Source: an uncultured Planctomycetia bacterium (GTDB lineage Bacteria; Omnitrophota; Gorgyraeia; B26-G9). Taken from it: a DNA stretch of 64,000 bases. The notes beneath the pieces are model-generated. The model had not been told where the DNA came from, did no database searches, and worked only from the letters and a program-made list of their open reading frames with translations. The DNA lies in contig CAYTGV010000004.1 in the NCBI GenBank assembly GCA_964437495.1, forward strand, positions 40,413-104,412, given 5' to 3'. Positions 31,377 to 41,809 of the stretch are shown here, piece after piece (the stretch's first letter is position 1; each line of letters opens with the position of its first letter). Made by a program: the position numbers and the translations under genes.

Positions 31377-32681
31377 TTATTCAAGCTCTAACTCCCATTT
31401 AATAATCTCATCCTTTGCCGCACGCGTATTCGGCGCCTCAGGAACCGCCTGAACATATATATTCATATAGTTAATCGCCTGCTGGTAATCTTCTATCTTC
31501 GCGTAAACAAGCGCAATATTAAAATAAAACCTGGCAATGAACGGATCGCTGCTGATTGCTTTTTTAAATTCCACAAGCGCGGGTTTAAACTCACCTTTTT
31601 TAACAAGGGTTTCCGCTCTTATGGAATACTTGTGCGCAATTTCGGATATATTCGCAGGCTCAGACATGCGCTGGATAATCTCAAACAGTTTATCCCTTAT
31701 TTGCCCTTTACGCTCTTTACTTAAAAATATCATTGCCTTTGAATATTCATTAAGCGCTTCTTGAAATCCGCCTTTATCTTCAAACTGTCTTGCTTTACTT
31801 AAAATACTCTCTGTCTCAGGAGCAAGGGCATCAAATAATTCCTGCTCTTCGCTTATGTAAGGAATTTTTTTTAGAAATGACTCATCCCCAACAATTTTCT
31901 CCTCATACAACTTTATTGCTTTTTTAAAATCTCCTTGTCTAGCGTAGGCCTCAGCCATCAGCAACAATACAAAAACATCTTCCTGGTCTGCTCTGGATAA
32001 GATTTCTATTGCTTGCTCATAATCGCCGGTATCAAGAGTTGCCGCGCCAAACGCTTTTTTGGCTTTTGAAAAATCAGGCGCCATCCTAATCGCTTGCTCG
32101 GCATCCTGCATAGCATTATCATGTTCTCCCATTTTACGAGATATCAGGCATCTATCACTAAGCATCTTTGCGCTCTTTTCCGATTCAGGCAAGTCAATAA
32201 CATCTCTGACCATCACAAGATTAGATTTCCTTTTATCCCTTCTTACTAAAACCTTAACCTTTGCGCCTTTTTTCCCTAGTAAATTTTCCACAACCTGGCT
32301 ACCATTCTTATTTTTCATAGAAATACCGTTAATCTTGATTATTTCATCATTGACCATGGCTCCTGCTTTTTCAGCCGGTTTATCTTTAAAAATCTCGATA
32401 ATTTTCGGAAACGGCGTGCCGGGGCCAATTCGCATACCTACACCAATATATTTATTTTGTTCAATAATCTTGTCAATTTCCACAAGAGCGCTTTCATATT
32501 GCCCCATGTAATAATATGTCCCTGTATCATTGGAAGCCTTTTGTTTGCGAAAGCGCCGACTCATTCTGGCTTTGATTTTGGTCTTATCTCTAGCGTTTGA
32601 ATCACCCGCGAATATTACAGGAACAAAAACCATTTGCGCGAATAATTCTAAACATATCAAACAAACTATTACACTTCTCAT
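31377..32681 (-). CDS. Exported PDZ plus TPR repeat protein
   Basis: YIGVGMRI..PAEKAG..NDEIIKING (PDZ); several TPRs; GGAGGG RBS before MRSVIV (track start 32759). Confidence 0.8.
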   Translation of the reverse strand: MRSVIVCLICLELFAQMVFVPVIFAGDSNARDKTKIKARMSRRFRKQKASNDTGTYYYMGQYESALVEIDKIIEQNKYIGVGMRIGPGTPFPKIIEIFKDKPAEKAGAMVNDEIIKINGISMKNKNGSQVVENLLGKKGAKVKVLVRRDKRKSNLVMVRDVIDLPESEKSAKMLSDRCLISRKMGEHDNAMQDAEQAIRMAPDFSKAKKAFGAATLDTGDYEQAIEILSRADQEDVFVLLLMAEAYARQGDFKKAIKLYEEKIVGDESFLKKIPYISEEQELFDALAPETESILSKARQFEDKGGFQEALNEYSKAMIFLSKERKGQIRDKLFEIIQRMSEPANISEIAHKYSIRAETLVKKGEFKPALVEFKKAISSDPFIARFYFNIALVYAKIEDYQQAINYMNIYVQAVPEAPNTRAAKDEIIKWELELE

Positions 32682-33087
32682 AAACCCTCCCCTTAAAACA
32701 TATTTTATATAAACCGCGACCATAATATCCTTAAACATATTATACCATTTACAACTCACAAATTCTTATTTTTTTAATGACACAATTTTTATTAAAATTC
32801 ATGAGGAGATATTTTTAGCATTTACTATCTTTTTTTAACAATCTGTTTATGCTTGTCTCGTGTGTTCTAACTAGTTTCTATTAGGAAATAACCTATTAAA
32901 AACGAGTCTCAATCTGCCCCAAAATTATTTTTGATCAAACCAATAAGTAATAAAACCTACCTAATTTAAAATTTAAATAATCTGTACTAATATTCCCGAT
33001 AAAAACTTTTTATGCCTTGTTTAGAAAGTCTAGTCTGTTTATTTTGTAACTTGTTGCTATAATTATAGTTATGTCATGCAATTATAT

Positions 33088-33119
33088 TTGCAAAATCTCC
33101 GAATGCATGGTATACTTTA
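33088..33119 (+). promoter_or_regulatory. Sigma70-type promoter
   Basis: TTGCAA-17 bp-TATACT. Confidence 0.7.
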
Positions 33120-33182
33120 TAACCTTTTACAATGAATAGGTACTTATTATTTATAAAGTAGAGTTTTAACTTTAAATTAATT

Positions 33183-36100
33183 ATGAAAAGACAAAATAAA
33201 AAACCTCAAAAAATAATCGCGATTATACTAGTGCAATCATTCTTAATCAGTAATCTTGCCTGGGCCGGGACAAGTTCTGTTTTTTTAGCTAAAAATAAGA
33301 ATATAGCTACTCTTTCGCCGCAAACGATTATTAGCACAACTGCTTTTCAACAAGCTTGTGCCACTTATGCTTTTTGGAGTAAGCGTGTTCCAGGAATAGA
33401 TGCTTTGTCGCAAAAATACACAAATGCCAAAATGACTCAAGAGGCCTTAAATGCTATTCCTAAACAATACTGCACTGATTTTTATTTAAATCGAAGTTTT
33501 GTTAAAGGTGGTAATCCGATACTATATGAGGCGTGTAACCGTTTTAGCATAAAAGTTCCTAAATTAAAATATACTGATGTGCATGTAGTTTATACAAAAT
33601 TAAAAACCATACTAGAAAAAGATAGAACTGCTAAGGCCCTTAAAAGAAAAGTTAAAGATGGCGGGGATTCGAATTTATTAAAATATATTTATAAATACAA
33701 AAAAGAGTTAAAGGATATTTATGGGTTTGAATTACAAACTGATATTCAGCATGCAAAATATGATACGCCGAAAGCAGTATTTGATGCATTAATGGAAGTT
33801 CCAGAAAAAAAGCGTACTCGGAAACTGCTTGGTCGCAGCAAAGAAGATAAGGGTAATGTCACACTTTTAAGATGGTATGTAAAATTTGAAGCAGAAATTC
33901 TTAAAAAATATGATTATTATATACCCAAAGAACACACTAGCCGTCCGGCAGTAGAATATAATTCTGCTAAGGATGTTTATGATGCGTTAATGGCTTTAAA
34001 GCCAAAACAAAGAACTATGGATTATCTGGATCGCTCAGTGAAAGAAGGGGGTGACCGGAGATTATTAACGGCATATCGTAAATATAAAAAGGAAATTAAG
34101 CAAAAATATAAAATAGAAATAAAACGCCGGGAAATTGATAAGCTTTACGGAACATGGCAAGCAACATATCAAGCATTAATGCAGATCCCGGAACAACGGC
34201 GGACTACCTGGCATCTTAACCAGCCGAAATTGGAAAAGGGAAACAGGACCCTGTTAAAAGCAGCACGTGCTTTTAAAAAGCAATTAAAAGAGAAAAAAGG
34301 TTTTGAGCTGCCAGTACAGGAAAATCCGCTGCTTAATCAGTCCTTAAAATATCCTGATCCAAAATCTGTATATGAGGCTATAATTGCCCGAGATGAATCA
34401 GATCAAACTGTAAAAAGCTTAGATCGCATAATAGACGAGGATGGAGACAGAAAATTACTGGAACGTTATTATGTTTTTGAAGAGCAGATAAAAGAACTTT
34501 TTAATTATGAGCTAAAGCGGGATAAGGGTAAGTACGCAGAGACAAAAGATATTTATAATGCGATTATGGCGCGCCAACCAGAACAAAGGACTAGGCAGGC
34601 TTTAGATAAAGATAAAAAATACTTTGGAGACAGGTGTCTGCTTAAACGCATATTAGCTAAAGAAAAAGAATTACTTGAAGAATTTGGATTTGTCCTGGAA
34701 AAAGAAAAATATCAAAGGCCTTTAAAATATCCAACTCCTGAATCAGTTTATCAGGCGTTAATGGCGCGTGATTCGCAACTGCGTACAGTTGTGGCTTTAA
34801 AAACAAGCAAAGCGAATAAAGGCAATCGCGTGCTGCTTAAAGCCTATTATGAACATAAATTTGAAATCGCCAGAAAATTTCATTTTACTTTACCCAAAGC
34901 TAATGCGGCAAGTTATCCTGATTTTAAAATTACCTATAAAGCGCTGATGGAACTATCTCCGGAACTGCTTACCGCAAAAAGCCTGGATCGACCGGATCAG
35001 GAATACGGTAATAGAAGTTTGCTTAAAGCTTATCGTAAATTTAAAAAAGAATTACGTGAAACTTATGGATTTGTAATGCCCAAAGCGCAGCGTAAAAGAA
35101 TTGCAAAATATCAAACGCCGGAGGATGTCTATCAAGCAATAATGGCGCGGCCTGAAAATGAGCGGACCCAGACTAGCTTAAGGCGTAAAAAAGATGATGA
35201 TGGCGACCCGGCATTATTAAAAGAATATTATAGACATAAACAAGAGATATTTGAAAAATATGGTTTTAATTTAACGCAAGAAACAGAACCCATGTATCCG
35301 GATGGAAAAAGCACAAAAAAAGCATTAATGGAATTACCCGAAAAAGATCGCACTACCAAGCGCCTGGATGAATTAGGTTTATACTCATTACGCAAAGCTT
35401 GTAATAATTTTGAAATCCCTTTGCCAAAAGAAGAAAAGGCCTTAGATTATCCGGATCGGGAATCAGCGATTGCGGTTCTGAAAGAGATTCCCCTAAGAGA
35501 TCGTACTGCAGCGCGTTTACGCAGAAAAACAGAAGACGGGGGTAATCCTACATTATTGAATAACTGTTATAAATATGCGATTCGCTTACCTAAAGAAGAG
35601 GTAATGCAAGCCTATCCGAAAAAACAAAAAGTATTAGATGACTTAGCCAAATTATCAGAGCAAGATAAGTTGCCGAGCCGTCTTAGCCGTCAGCCATCAA
35701 AAGGAGGAAACCCTTTATTGTTTTTAGCCATCCTTGAGCATGAAATAGAGTTACCGAAAGATCAAAGAAAATATCCGAATAAGCGGCTGGCAGAAATGAT
35801 GTTAAGCCGGCTGCCGAAAAGAATGCGTACTGCTAGAATGCTCCACCCAACAAGAAATCCCTACGGAGAAGGTGATTATACGCTGTATATGCGGTGTTTA
35901 GAATTTAAAATACCTTTGGAAAGAGAACCGTCTGAATTTATTTATCCTACAGTTGAAGCAACATACAAAGCTTTAAAAGCAATACCTAAAGAAAAACGAA
36001 CCCGTACGCATTTGATGCTGCCTAAAGATACAGGAGGAGATCCAACGCTTTATAATGCATTTAAAAGATTTAGAAAAGAATTAAAACAAAAATATAATTT

Positions 36101-39059
36101 TAAGATTGAACGGGAACATGCGTGGAAATATAAAACTAAAGAACAAGCTTTAGCCGCCTTTAATGCTTTGGCGTCTGAGGATAGAACGGCGGGTAAATTA
36201 TTACGTACTAAAAAAAATAAAGGTAATTTTGCACTCTATTATGCTTGTATCAGGTTTGAAATATCCTTTGCAGAACCGGTTTCAGTAAAAAAGTATCCGG
36301 ATACTGAATCGGCCAGAGAAGGATTAATGGCACGGCCTTTGGAAAAACGTTATGCTTCGGAGCTGACAAAATTAAAAGGAGAAGGCGGTGACCCTTCTTT
36401 GTATGATGCTTGTTTAGAATTTAAGATCCCTTTACCGATAAAAGAAAAACAGGAACTAATATACAGTGATGAAAAGATTACTTTTGTGGCATTGATGGAA
36501 ATTCCGGAAGAAGAAAGATTTGTTTCTAAATTAAGCCGGCCTAAACCGAAAGGTAATCCGACTTTATTAGCAGCTTATTATAAATTCAGATCAATACTAA
36601 AAGCAGTTTACGGATTTGCAATGAAGGCGATAATTAGATCTCCGTATCCGACGCTAGAAGCAGCGCAGGCAGCTTTAGAAAAACGTCCGGAATCTGAACG
36701 TACAGTAACAGCATTGGATCAAGCTTATCCTAAAGGTAACAGAGCATTGCTCAGAGCCGCAAGAAAATTTAAAATTGAATTACCTAAAGGAAATGCTAAA
36801 CAATATCCAGATGCAGAATCGGTATATACAGCTTTAAAAAATAGAAAAGAAAAGCTTAATACATCAAAAATGCTTAACCGCCCTAGAGGTCAGGGAGGCA
36901 ATCGCACATTATTATTGGATTATTATGAACATCGCGATCAAATAAAAGAAGAGTTTAATTATGTTCTGCCGCAGGAAGAAAGAAAAGGTATGAATGCAAA
37001 ATACAAGACTCCGGAAGAGGCTCAAGCAGTATTGAATGAACGTTCTGAAGGGGAGCGTACTGCGAAAAGTTTAAGACAAAAGAAAGATGAAGGCGGAGAT
37101 TGGGCATTGTATGCTGCGTGTAAACGCTTTGGTATTAAATTAGATGATCCAAAGCCCATGCAGGCAGGTTACGATCGCTACAAAGAAGAAGTCCTTAAAT
37201 CCATGGACAGTGTGAATATAGATGTTTTTGATTATTGGCAGAGAATGCAGGAAGTAAACGCTAAAGAAAGAGATTCAAGGCGTAGCGTATTAATAGAATA
37301 TTTTATGCCGATGATTTTTAATAAAGCAGAAAACGGAAAAAAAGCAAAAGAGATTAATTTTTATAGAAATATATCTTATAACCAAGCCTATCATTATGAT
37401 GATCTGATCAATAGCGCAGTGATTGCGGTAATGGAAGCCATAGAATTTTGGCATCCGGATTTAAGTTTAGAAGAAGATAATACTGTTGAAGCGCAAGCCA
37501 GAGCGGATATTAATGAATATATAGAGGCTAAGATAAATCAAGCCATGGGCCTTGAGAAAAAAGTAATCTATCAGAATAAATGGACACATAGCTCAATTGA
37601 GACACCTTCTGGGAATAAAGGGGGGAATAATGTAAATAGTAAACCGGGTAAATTTGGCGGAAGTAATCATAAGACTTTGGGTGATACCCTCAAGAGTGAA
37701 GCGGAGTCTGTTGATAATACTATATCGCGTTTTGAGAAAATGCAGGAAGTTTTAGAGAATTTCAAAAAAGCAGATTACAGTTTTATTCAGAGTGCGATTA
37801 ATACACTTGATTCTGAGACAGCAGCAAATTTTGATTTAGATGAAAGTCTGCTTTTAAGTAAAGCAGAAAAGCTTAATTTTCAAAAAGATTTATTAGCATA
37901 TTGTAATAAAAAAGATATTTTAAAACATATCCCTGGAAAGTTTTCGATTTGGCTGATGGGCAGCTTGGGGAATATTGGCCTTGCGCGAAAGGGATTAAGT
38001 GATGTGAATATATTGATTGTAACTGATGCTCCAGAAAATAGTTTAAGGCAAACGATCGTGGATATCAGAACCGCAATTGGTAGCGGGTTAATAAAAGTCG
38101 GTAAAGATGGTAATGTTACTTTAGAAATAGGCAGAGATGATGATTATCGGGATATGGTGTTTAATGCGCAGGATTTCTTAACGCTTACGGAAAGATATGA
38201 TCTGGGAAATCAAGAAAAAGGGATTGCTTCGATTGAGATTGTATCTGTAAACACAGCTGATGCGGGTAGTAACCGTGCAATCCATAGAGCGCAGTTTCAT
38301 TTAACTGAAGATTTATATCAAATGGGTGAAAACGCGGCGTTGATCGCAGAATCACAACCCGGCGTTGCCCAGCAGACAAAAGATGAATTTAAACAAAACA
38401 TTGCTATGGGCAATCATGATTATTTATTCTTTATGAATGATTATTTAATGGGCTTTTTTATGAAACAAGTACGTAAAGTAATTGCCGCGCATAAATTTGC
38501 GCACCCGGGAAAAGGGAAAACAAAAACAGTTAAGCCTGAAGCAGTAATTAAAATTGAACCCGGTTCAATAATTAAATTTCCTAAACCTAAAATATCCTGG
38601 ATATCTCCCAATCAAGTTAAATTGGGAGAAACAATTGTTAATGTGATCAGAAACAATGGTTCGCTGTCCATTCAATTAACTGGAGTTTTAACTGAAGGGG
38701 TTGATTCTTACCAGGAATTTTGGCAGCAGGTCGCAAAAGATTTTGATGGTAAAGAAATTTTTGTTGATGATCCGGAAGTTGACACAAATAATATTAACCC
38801 GGCAATGCTTGTGGCTATAGAAGAGCAGACTGATCAGATCTGTGATATTTTAGCGAATCAGGCAGAGGCTTTATATGCAGGAGAAGCTGTCTTGCGGCGT
38901 ATTGATCATGATCCTGATTTCTCGGATATTAAAGTGTTAGAATTTCAGGAAAATGATAAAATGATGGCAATGTTAGCTTCGACTCTAAAAGATAAATCCT
39001 TAAAGAAAAATAATTTTAATTTGCAGGCAGAACCAAAATTAATCGAGCAGGCCATTTAA
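33183..39059 (+). CDS. 1958-aa signal-peptide protein: about 21 helical repeats, sigma70-like region, nucleotidyltransferase-like domain
   Basis: AWA cleavage site; repeats KYP....Y.ALM.....RT...L......GG...LL; LIEYFMPMI..YDDLINSAVIAVMEAIEFWHP; IWLMGS..LSDVNILIV. Confidence 0.75.
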   Translation: MKRQNKKPQKIIAIILVQSFLISNLAWAGTSSVFLAKNKNIATLSPQTIISTTAFQQACATYAFWSKRVPGIDALSQKYTNAKMTQEALNAIPKQYCTDFYLNRSFVKGGNPILYEACNRFSIKVPKLKYTDVHVVYTKLKTILEKDRTAKALKRKVKDGGDSNLLKYIYKYKKELKDIYGFELQTDIQHAKYDTPKAVFDALMEVPEKKRTRKLLGRSKEDKGNVTLLRWYVKFEAEILKKYDYYIPKEHTSRPAVEYNSAKDVYDALMALKPKQRTMDYLDRSVKEGGDRRLLTAYRKYKKEIKQKYKIEIKRREIDKLYGTWQATYQALMQIPEQRRTTWHLNQPKLEKGNRTLLKAARAFKKQLKEKKGFELPVQENPLLNQSLKYPDPKSVYEAIIARDESDQTVKSLDRIIDEDGDRKLLERYYVFEEQIKELFNYELKRDKGKYAETKDIYNAIMARQPEQRTRQALDKDKKYFGDRCLLKRILAKEKELLEEFGFVLEKEKYQRPLKYPTPESVYQALMARDSQLRTVVALKTSKANKGNRVLLKAYYEHKFEIARKFHFTLPKANAASYPDFKITYKALMELSPELLTAKSLDRPDQEYGNRSLLKAYRKFKKELRETYGFVMPKAQRKRIAKYQTPEDVYQAIMARPENERTQTSLRRKKDDDGDPALLKEYYRHKQEIFEKYGFNLTQETEPMYPDGKSTKKALMELPEKDRTTKRLDELGLYSLRKACNNFEIPLPKEEKALDYPDRESAIAVLKEIPLRDRTAARLRRKTEDGGNPTLLNNCYKYAIRLPKEEVMQAYPKKQKVLDDLAKLSEQDKLPSRLSRQPSKGGNPLLFLAILEHEIELPKDQRKYPNKRLAEMMLSRLPKRMRTARMLHPTRNPYGEGDYTLYMRCLEFKIPLEREPSEFIYPTVEATYKALKAIPKEKRTRTHLMLPKDTGGDPTLYNAFKRFRKELKQKYNFKIEREHAWKYKTKEQALAAFNALASEDRTAGKLLRTKKNKGNFALYYACIRFEISFAEPVSVKKYPDTESAREGLMARPLEKRYASELTKLKGEGGDPSLYDACLEFKIPLPIKEKQELIYSDEKITFVALMEIPEEERFVSKLSRPKPKGNPTLLAAYYKFRSILKAVYGFAMKAIIRSPYPTLEAAQAALEKRPESERTVTALDQAYPKGNRALLRAARKFKIELPKGNAKQYPDAESVYTALKNRKEKLNTSKMLNRPRGQGGNRTLLLDYYEHRDQIKEEFNYVLPQEERKGMNAKYKTPEEAQAVLNERSEGERTAKSLRQKKDEGGDWALYAACKRFGIKLDDPKPMQAGYDRYKEEVLKSMDSVNIDVFDYWQRMQEVNAKERDSRRSVLIEYFMPMIFNKAENGKKAKEINFYRNISYNQAYHYDDLINSAVIAVMEAIEFWHPDLSLEEDNTVEAQARADINEYIEAKINQAMGLEKKVIYQNKWTHSSIETPSGNKGGNNVNSKPGKFGGSNHKTLGDTLKSEAESVDNTISRFEKMQEVLENFKKADYSFIQSAINTLDSETAANFDLDESLLLSKAEKLNFQKDLLAYCNKKDILKHIPGKFSIWLMGSLGNIGLARKGLSDVNILIVTDAPENSLRQTIVDIRTAIGSGLIKVGKDGNVTLEIGRDDDYRDMVFNAQDFLTLTERYDLGNQEKGIASIEIVSVNTADAGSNRAIHRAQFHLTEDLYQMGENAALIAESQPGVAQQTKDEFKQNIAMGNHDYLFFMNDYLMGFFMKQVRKVIAAHKFAHPGKGKTKTVKPEAVIKIEPGSIIKFPKPKISWISPNQVKLGETIVNVIRNNGSLSIQLTGVLTEGVDSYQEFWQQVAKDFDGKEIFVDDPEVDTNNINPAMLVAIEEQTDQICDILANQAEALYAGEAVLRRIDHDPDFSDIKVLEFQENDKMMAMLASTLKDKSLKKNNFNLQAEPKLIEQAI

Positions 39060-39158
39060 ATAAAATTTACTAATCTTAACCCATCAATAATAAGCAAAGC
39101 CTCTCTTTTTTTACCCTCAAAGTGGTTTCAGTCGTACAAATAACTAAAAGTAGGTAAT

Positions 39159-39229
39159 GGGGGCAGGTCTGGCCATAGACAAATCTTATTAGTTTATGAA
39201 TATTTCGTTAATAGTTCTGACCTGACCCC
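39159..39229. mobile_element. About 70-bp element with RAYT-type inverted ends
   Basis: GGGGGCAGGTCT ... AATAGTTCTGACCTGACCCC. Confidence 0.6.
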
Positions 39230-39370
39230 ATAACTTACTACTGTGGAAAGCTCATTTTATCGTTAAATCTCGTAGTACCTGATGAAAATCCTGTTCTAGA
39301 ACCGGCAACAATGTTATTATTGGGCAGCGGCTTGGCTGGATTAATTGCGATAAAAAGGAAAAAAATATAA
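39230..39370 (+). pseudogene. Orphan PEP-CTERM tail
   Basis: NPVLEPATMLLLGSGLAGLIAIKRKKI*; the 5' part of the gene is missing, cut off at the mini-element. Confidence 0.7.
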
Positions 39371-39518
39371 TAGCGTAAAATTTGATATTTTTAAAGGGCG
39401 CTTCAGGGCTTCAGGGTTGAGGAGCTCTTTTTATTTTTTTATGTATTTCAATCAAGTGTTTTGTAAATTTTTAATGTGTGTTATAATATATTTATTATAA
39501 GGAAAGGAAGAAGCAGAA

Positions 39519-39974
39519 TTGATAATACCCCAAAGGTTAAAAGAATTATTAGAAAAGGCAGATTGGATATGTCTTGCAACTCGCAATCAAAGTGGACACC
39601 CAAATGCTGCGAATAAATTTTTACTTCAATGCGAAGATGAGCATGTGTTAATTGTTGATTTTGTGCATGGAAGCACTCTTGATAATATTCTACATTATCC
39701 CAAAGCATCATTTGCAGTAATTGATTTAGAGAACTTGATTGATTATCAATTTTTTGGTGAGGTTGAAATTATTAAGGAAGGTCAGCTTCATGAGAAATTA
39801 ATAAACTTTTTAGAGGAAAAACATGCGCGATTTTCAACAAATAGGATAATTGAGGGAATTAGAAGGTCGAGAAAATTTAATAATAATGTATTGCCAGATA
39901 CTGATGGTGCAGTTATATTGAAAATAAATATAATGGATATTGTAGTTCGTGGGCCTAGAATAGAGATTAAATAA
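39519..39974 (+). CDS. Pyridoxamine 5'-phosphate oxidase-like FMN-binding protein
   Basis: ICLATRNQSGHPN, TLDNILHYPKAS, YQFFGEVEII. Confidence 0.75.
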   Translation: MIIPQRLKELLEKADWICLATRNQSGHPNAANKFLLQCEDEHVLIVDFVHGSTLDNILHYPKASFAVIDLENLIDYQFFGEVEIIKEGQLHEKLINFLEEKHARFSTNRIIEGIRRSRKFNNNVLPDTDGAVILKINIMDIVVRGPRIEIK

Positions 39975-40017
39975 TAAAATTGATAAAGACAAACAGCCCA
40001 AGGAGATAATTTTATTA

Positions 40018-40056
40018 TTAGCTAAGGCAATTTGTCAATAGTAGAGACCTGACCCC
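40018..40056 (+). mobile_element. Solo right end of the RAYT-derived element
   Basis: TTAGCTAAGGCAATTTGTCAATAGT..AGACCTGACCCC, near-identical to 31319-31357. Confidence 0.75.
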
Positions 40057-40099
40057 CCGCCCCACTCAACACCTAGTTGCAATAATATAAAGGCATCAG

Positions 40100-40336
40100 A
40101 TGAGCAATAATACAAATAAGGACCCGCTTCACGGCATTACTCTTAAGGCGATTCTTGCCTATCTGGTTGAAAAGCTAGGATGGGAAGATATGTCTGGCAA
40201 AATAAGGATAAACTGCTTTGCTAAAGACCCGAGCATTAAGTCCAGCCTGTCTTTTTTAAGGAAAACACCCTGGGCGAGAAAAAAAGTGGAACGCCTGTAT
40301 TTAACTGAAATCAGCAAGGCGTCGAAAAGAGGCTAA
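40100..40336 (+). CDS. DUF2132/VF530-family protein
   Basis: [12 protein letters not shown]...[30 protein letters not shown]. Confidence 0.9.
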   Translation: MSNNTNKDPLHGITLKAILAYLVEKLGWEDMSGKIRINCFAKDPSIKSSLSFLRKTPWARKKVERLYLTEISKASKRG

Positions 40337-40366
40337 GAGGCCTGATGTTCTAGAAAGGGGTTATTA

Positions 40367-40714
40367 ATGGATAGAATAAATGACATCACAGGAAAAATTA
40401 AGCATTTTCGGGATGAGCGCGATTGGCTTCAGTTTCATGATCCAAAAAACATGGCGGTCTCCATTATGCTTGAGGCCGCGGAATTGCTTGAGCATTTTCA
40501 ATGGAAAACAAAAGCAGAAGTAGAGGATTATATTAAGATCAACCGTGAGTCAGTACAGGAGGAGATCGCTGATATTTCCATGTATTTGTTTGAATTAGCG
40601 GATAATCTGGGCATTGACCTTCTCTTAGTTATGGAGAAAAAGCTTAAAAAAAATGCAGACAAATATCCTGTGGCCAAGGCCAAAGGAAGCCATAAGAAAT
40701 ATGACCAGTTGTAG
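40367..40714 (+). CDS. MazG-like nucleotide pyrophosphohydrolase
   Basis: FRDERDW.QFH.PKN, EAAELLEHFQW, EEIADI, N..KYP..KAKG. Confidence 0.92.
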   Translation: MDRINDITGKIKHFRDERDWLQFHDPKNMAVSIMLEAAELLEHFQWKTKAEVEDYIKINRESVQEEIADISMYLFELADNLGIDLLLVMEKKLKKNADKYPVAKAKGSHKKYDQL

Positions 40715-40753
40715 AATAGCGCAAAGCTATTTAACTACATTATTAAAGAGATA

Positions 40754-41809
40754 TTGATGAATGATTTAAACAGCGATCCGATTAAGCCCAAGCGTCGTGT
40801 CCGGTATAAGGGTGCGCATCCTCGTAATTTTTCTGAAAAATATAAAGAACTTAATTTTGAGAAATATCCTGAGGATGTTGATAAAATTATTCTATCAGGC
40901 AAAACTCTGGCAGGCACACACCGGCCGATCTGTGTAGATGAAGTAATAGATGTTTTGAAGCCCATGCCAGAGCAGATTGGATTAGATGTGACATTAGGCT
41001 TTGGCGGGCATTCCCTTGAGCTGCTGAAAAGGATTATGCCTGATGGCAGATTGTTTGCTTTAGACATTGATCACTTAGAGCTTGCGCGTACACAGAAGCG
41101 CCTGCGTGCAATGGGATTTAGCGAAAGGGAATTAATCATTAAACATAGTAATTTTGCCGGAATGTATAAATTATTAGGTGAAGTTGGGGGAGGTTTTGAT
41201 TTTATTTTCGCTGACCTGGGAGTATCATCAATGCAGTTAGATAATCCTGCGAGGGGGTTTACATTTAAGAGAGAAGGGCCGTTAGACCTGCGGTTTAATC
41301 CTGAGCGTGGCCGACCGGCAACAGCATTGATCAGAGATTTAGATGAAAGGCAGCTGGAGGCATTGTTCATGGGGAATTCTGATGAGCCTTGCGCTCGGGT
41401 GATTGCCAAAGCGGTTTTTAAAAATAGCAATAAGATTCACAAAACAACGGATTTGGCTAATGTTATTGCCTGTGCTTTGGGCGCAAAATCGTGGCGTGAA
41501 TGCGGGATAAAAAGGAAAAATTCTATTCGTCGTGTTTTTCAGGCATTGCGTATTGAGGTCAATGATGAGTTTTCTGTGCTTGAGCAATTTTTAAGAAATC
41601 TGCCTTTTTGCCTGAAGCCTCAGGGACGTGTTGCGGTATTGAGCTTTCATCCCGGTGAGGATAATCGTATTATTGATTTTTTTGAACAAGGCCGGATTGC
41701 GGGCTTATATTCAGATATCAGCAGTAAGCCTGTTCGTCCAAGCGCAAAGGAACAATCTGCTAATCCGCGTTCTCAAAGTGCCAGGTTGCGCTGGGCAGTA
41801 AAGAAATAG
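40754..41809 (+). CDS. rsmH: 16S rRNA m4C1402 methyltransferase family (stand-alone copy)
   Basis: DVTLGFGGHS, ADLGVSSMQLD..RGF, FQALRIEVNDE, NPRSQSARLR. Confidence 0.9.
   Translation: MMNDLNSDPIKPKRRVRYKGAHPRNFSEKYKELNFEKYPEDVDKIILSGKTLAGTHRPICVDEVIDVLKPMPEQIGLDVTLGFGGHSLELLKRIMPDGRLFALDIDHLELARTQKRLRAMGFSERELIIKHSNFAGMYKLLGEVGGGFDFIFADLGVSSMQLDNPARGFTFKREGPLDLRFNPERGRPATALIRDLDERQLEALFMGNSDEPCARVIAKAVFKNSNKIHKTTDLANVIACALGAKSWRECGIKRKNSIRRVFQALRIEVNDEFSVLEQFLRNLPFCLKPQGRVAVLSFHPGEDNRIIDFFEQGRIAGLYSDISSKPVRPSAKEQSANPRSQSARLRWAVKK

Noticed and set aside
33414-37150. Repeats as true TALE, TPR or ankyrin repeats
   Set aside because: Length (51-68 aa) and consensus match none of these; the TALE comparison is only an analogy.
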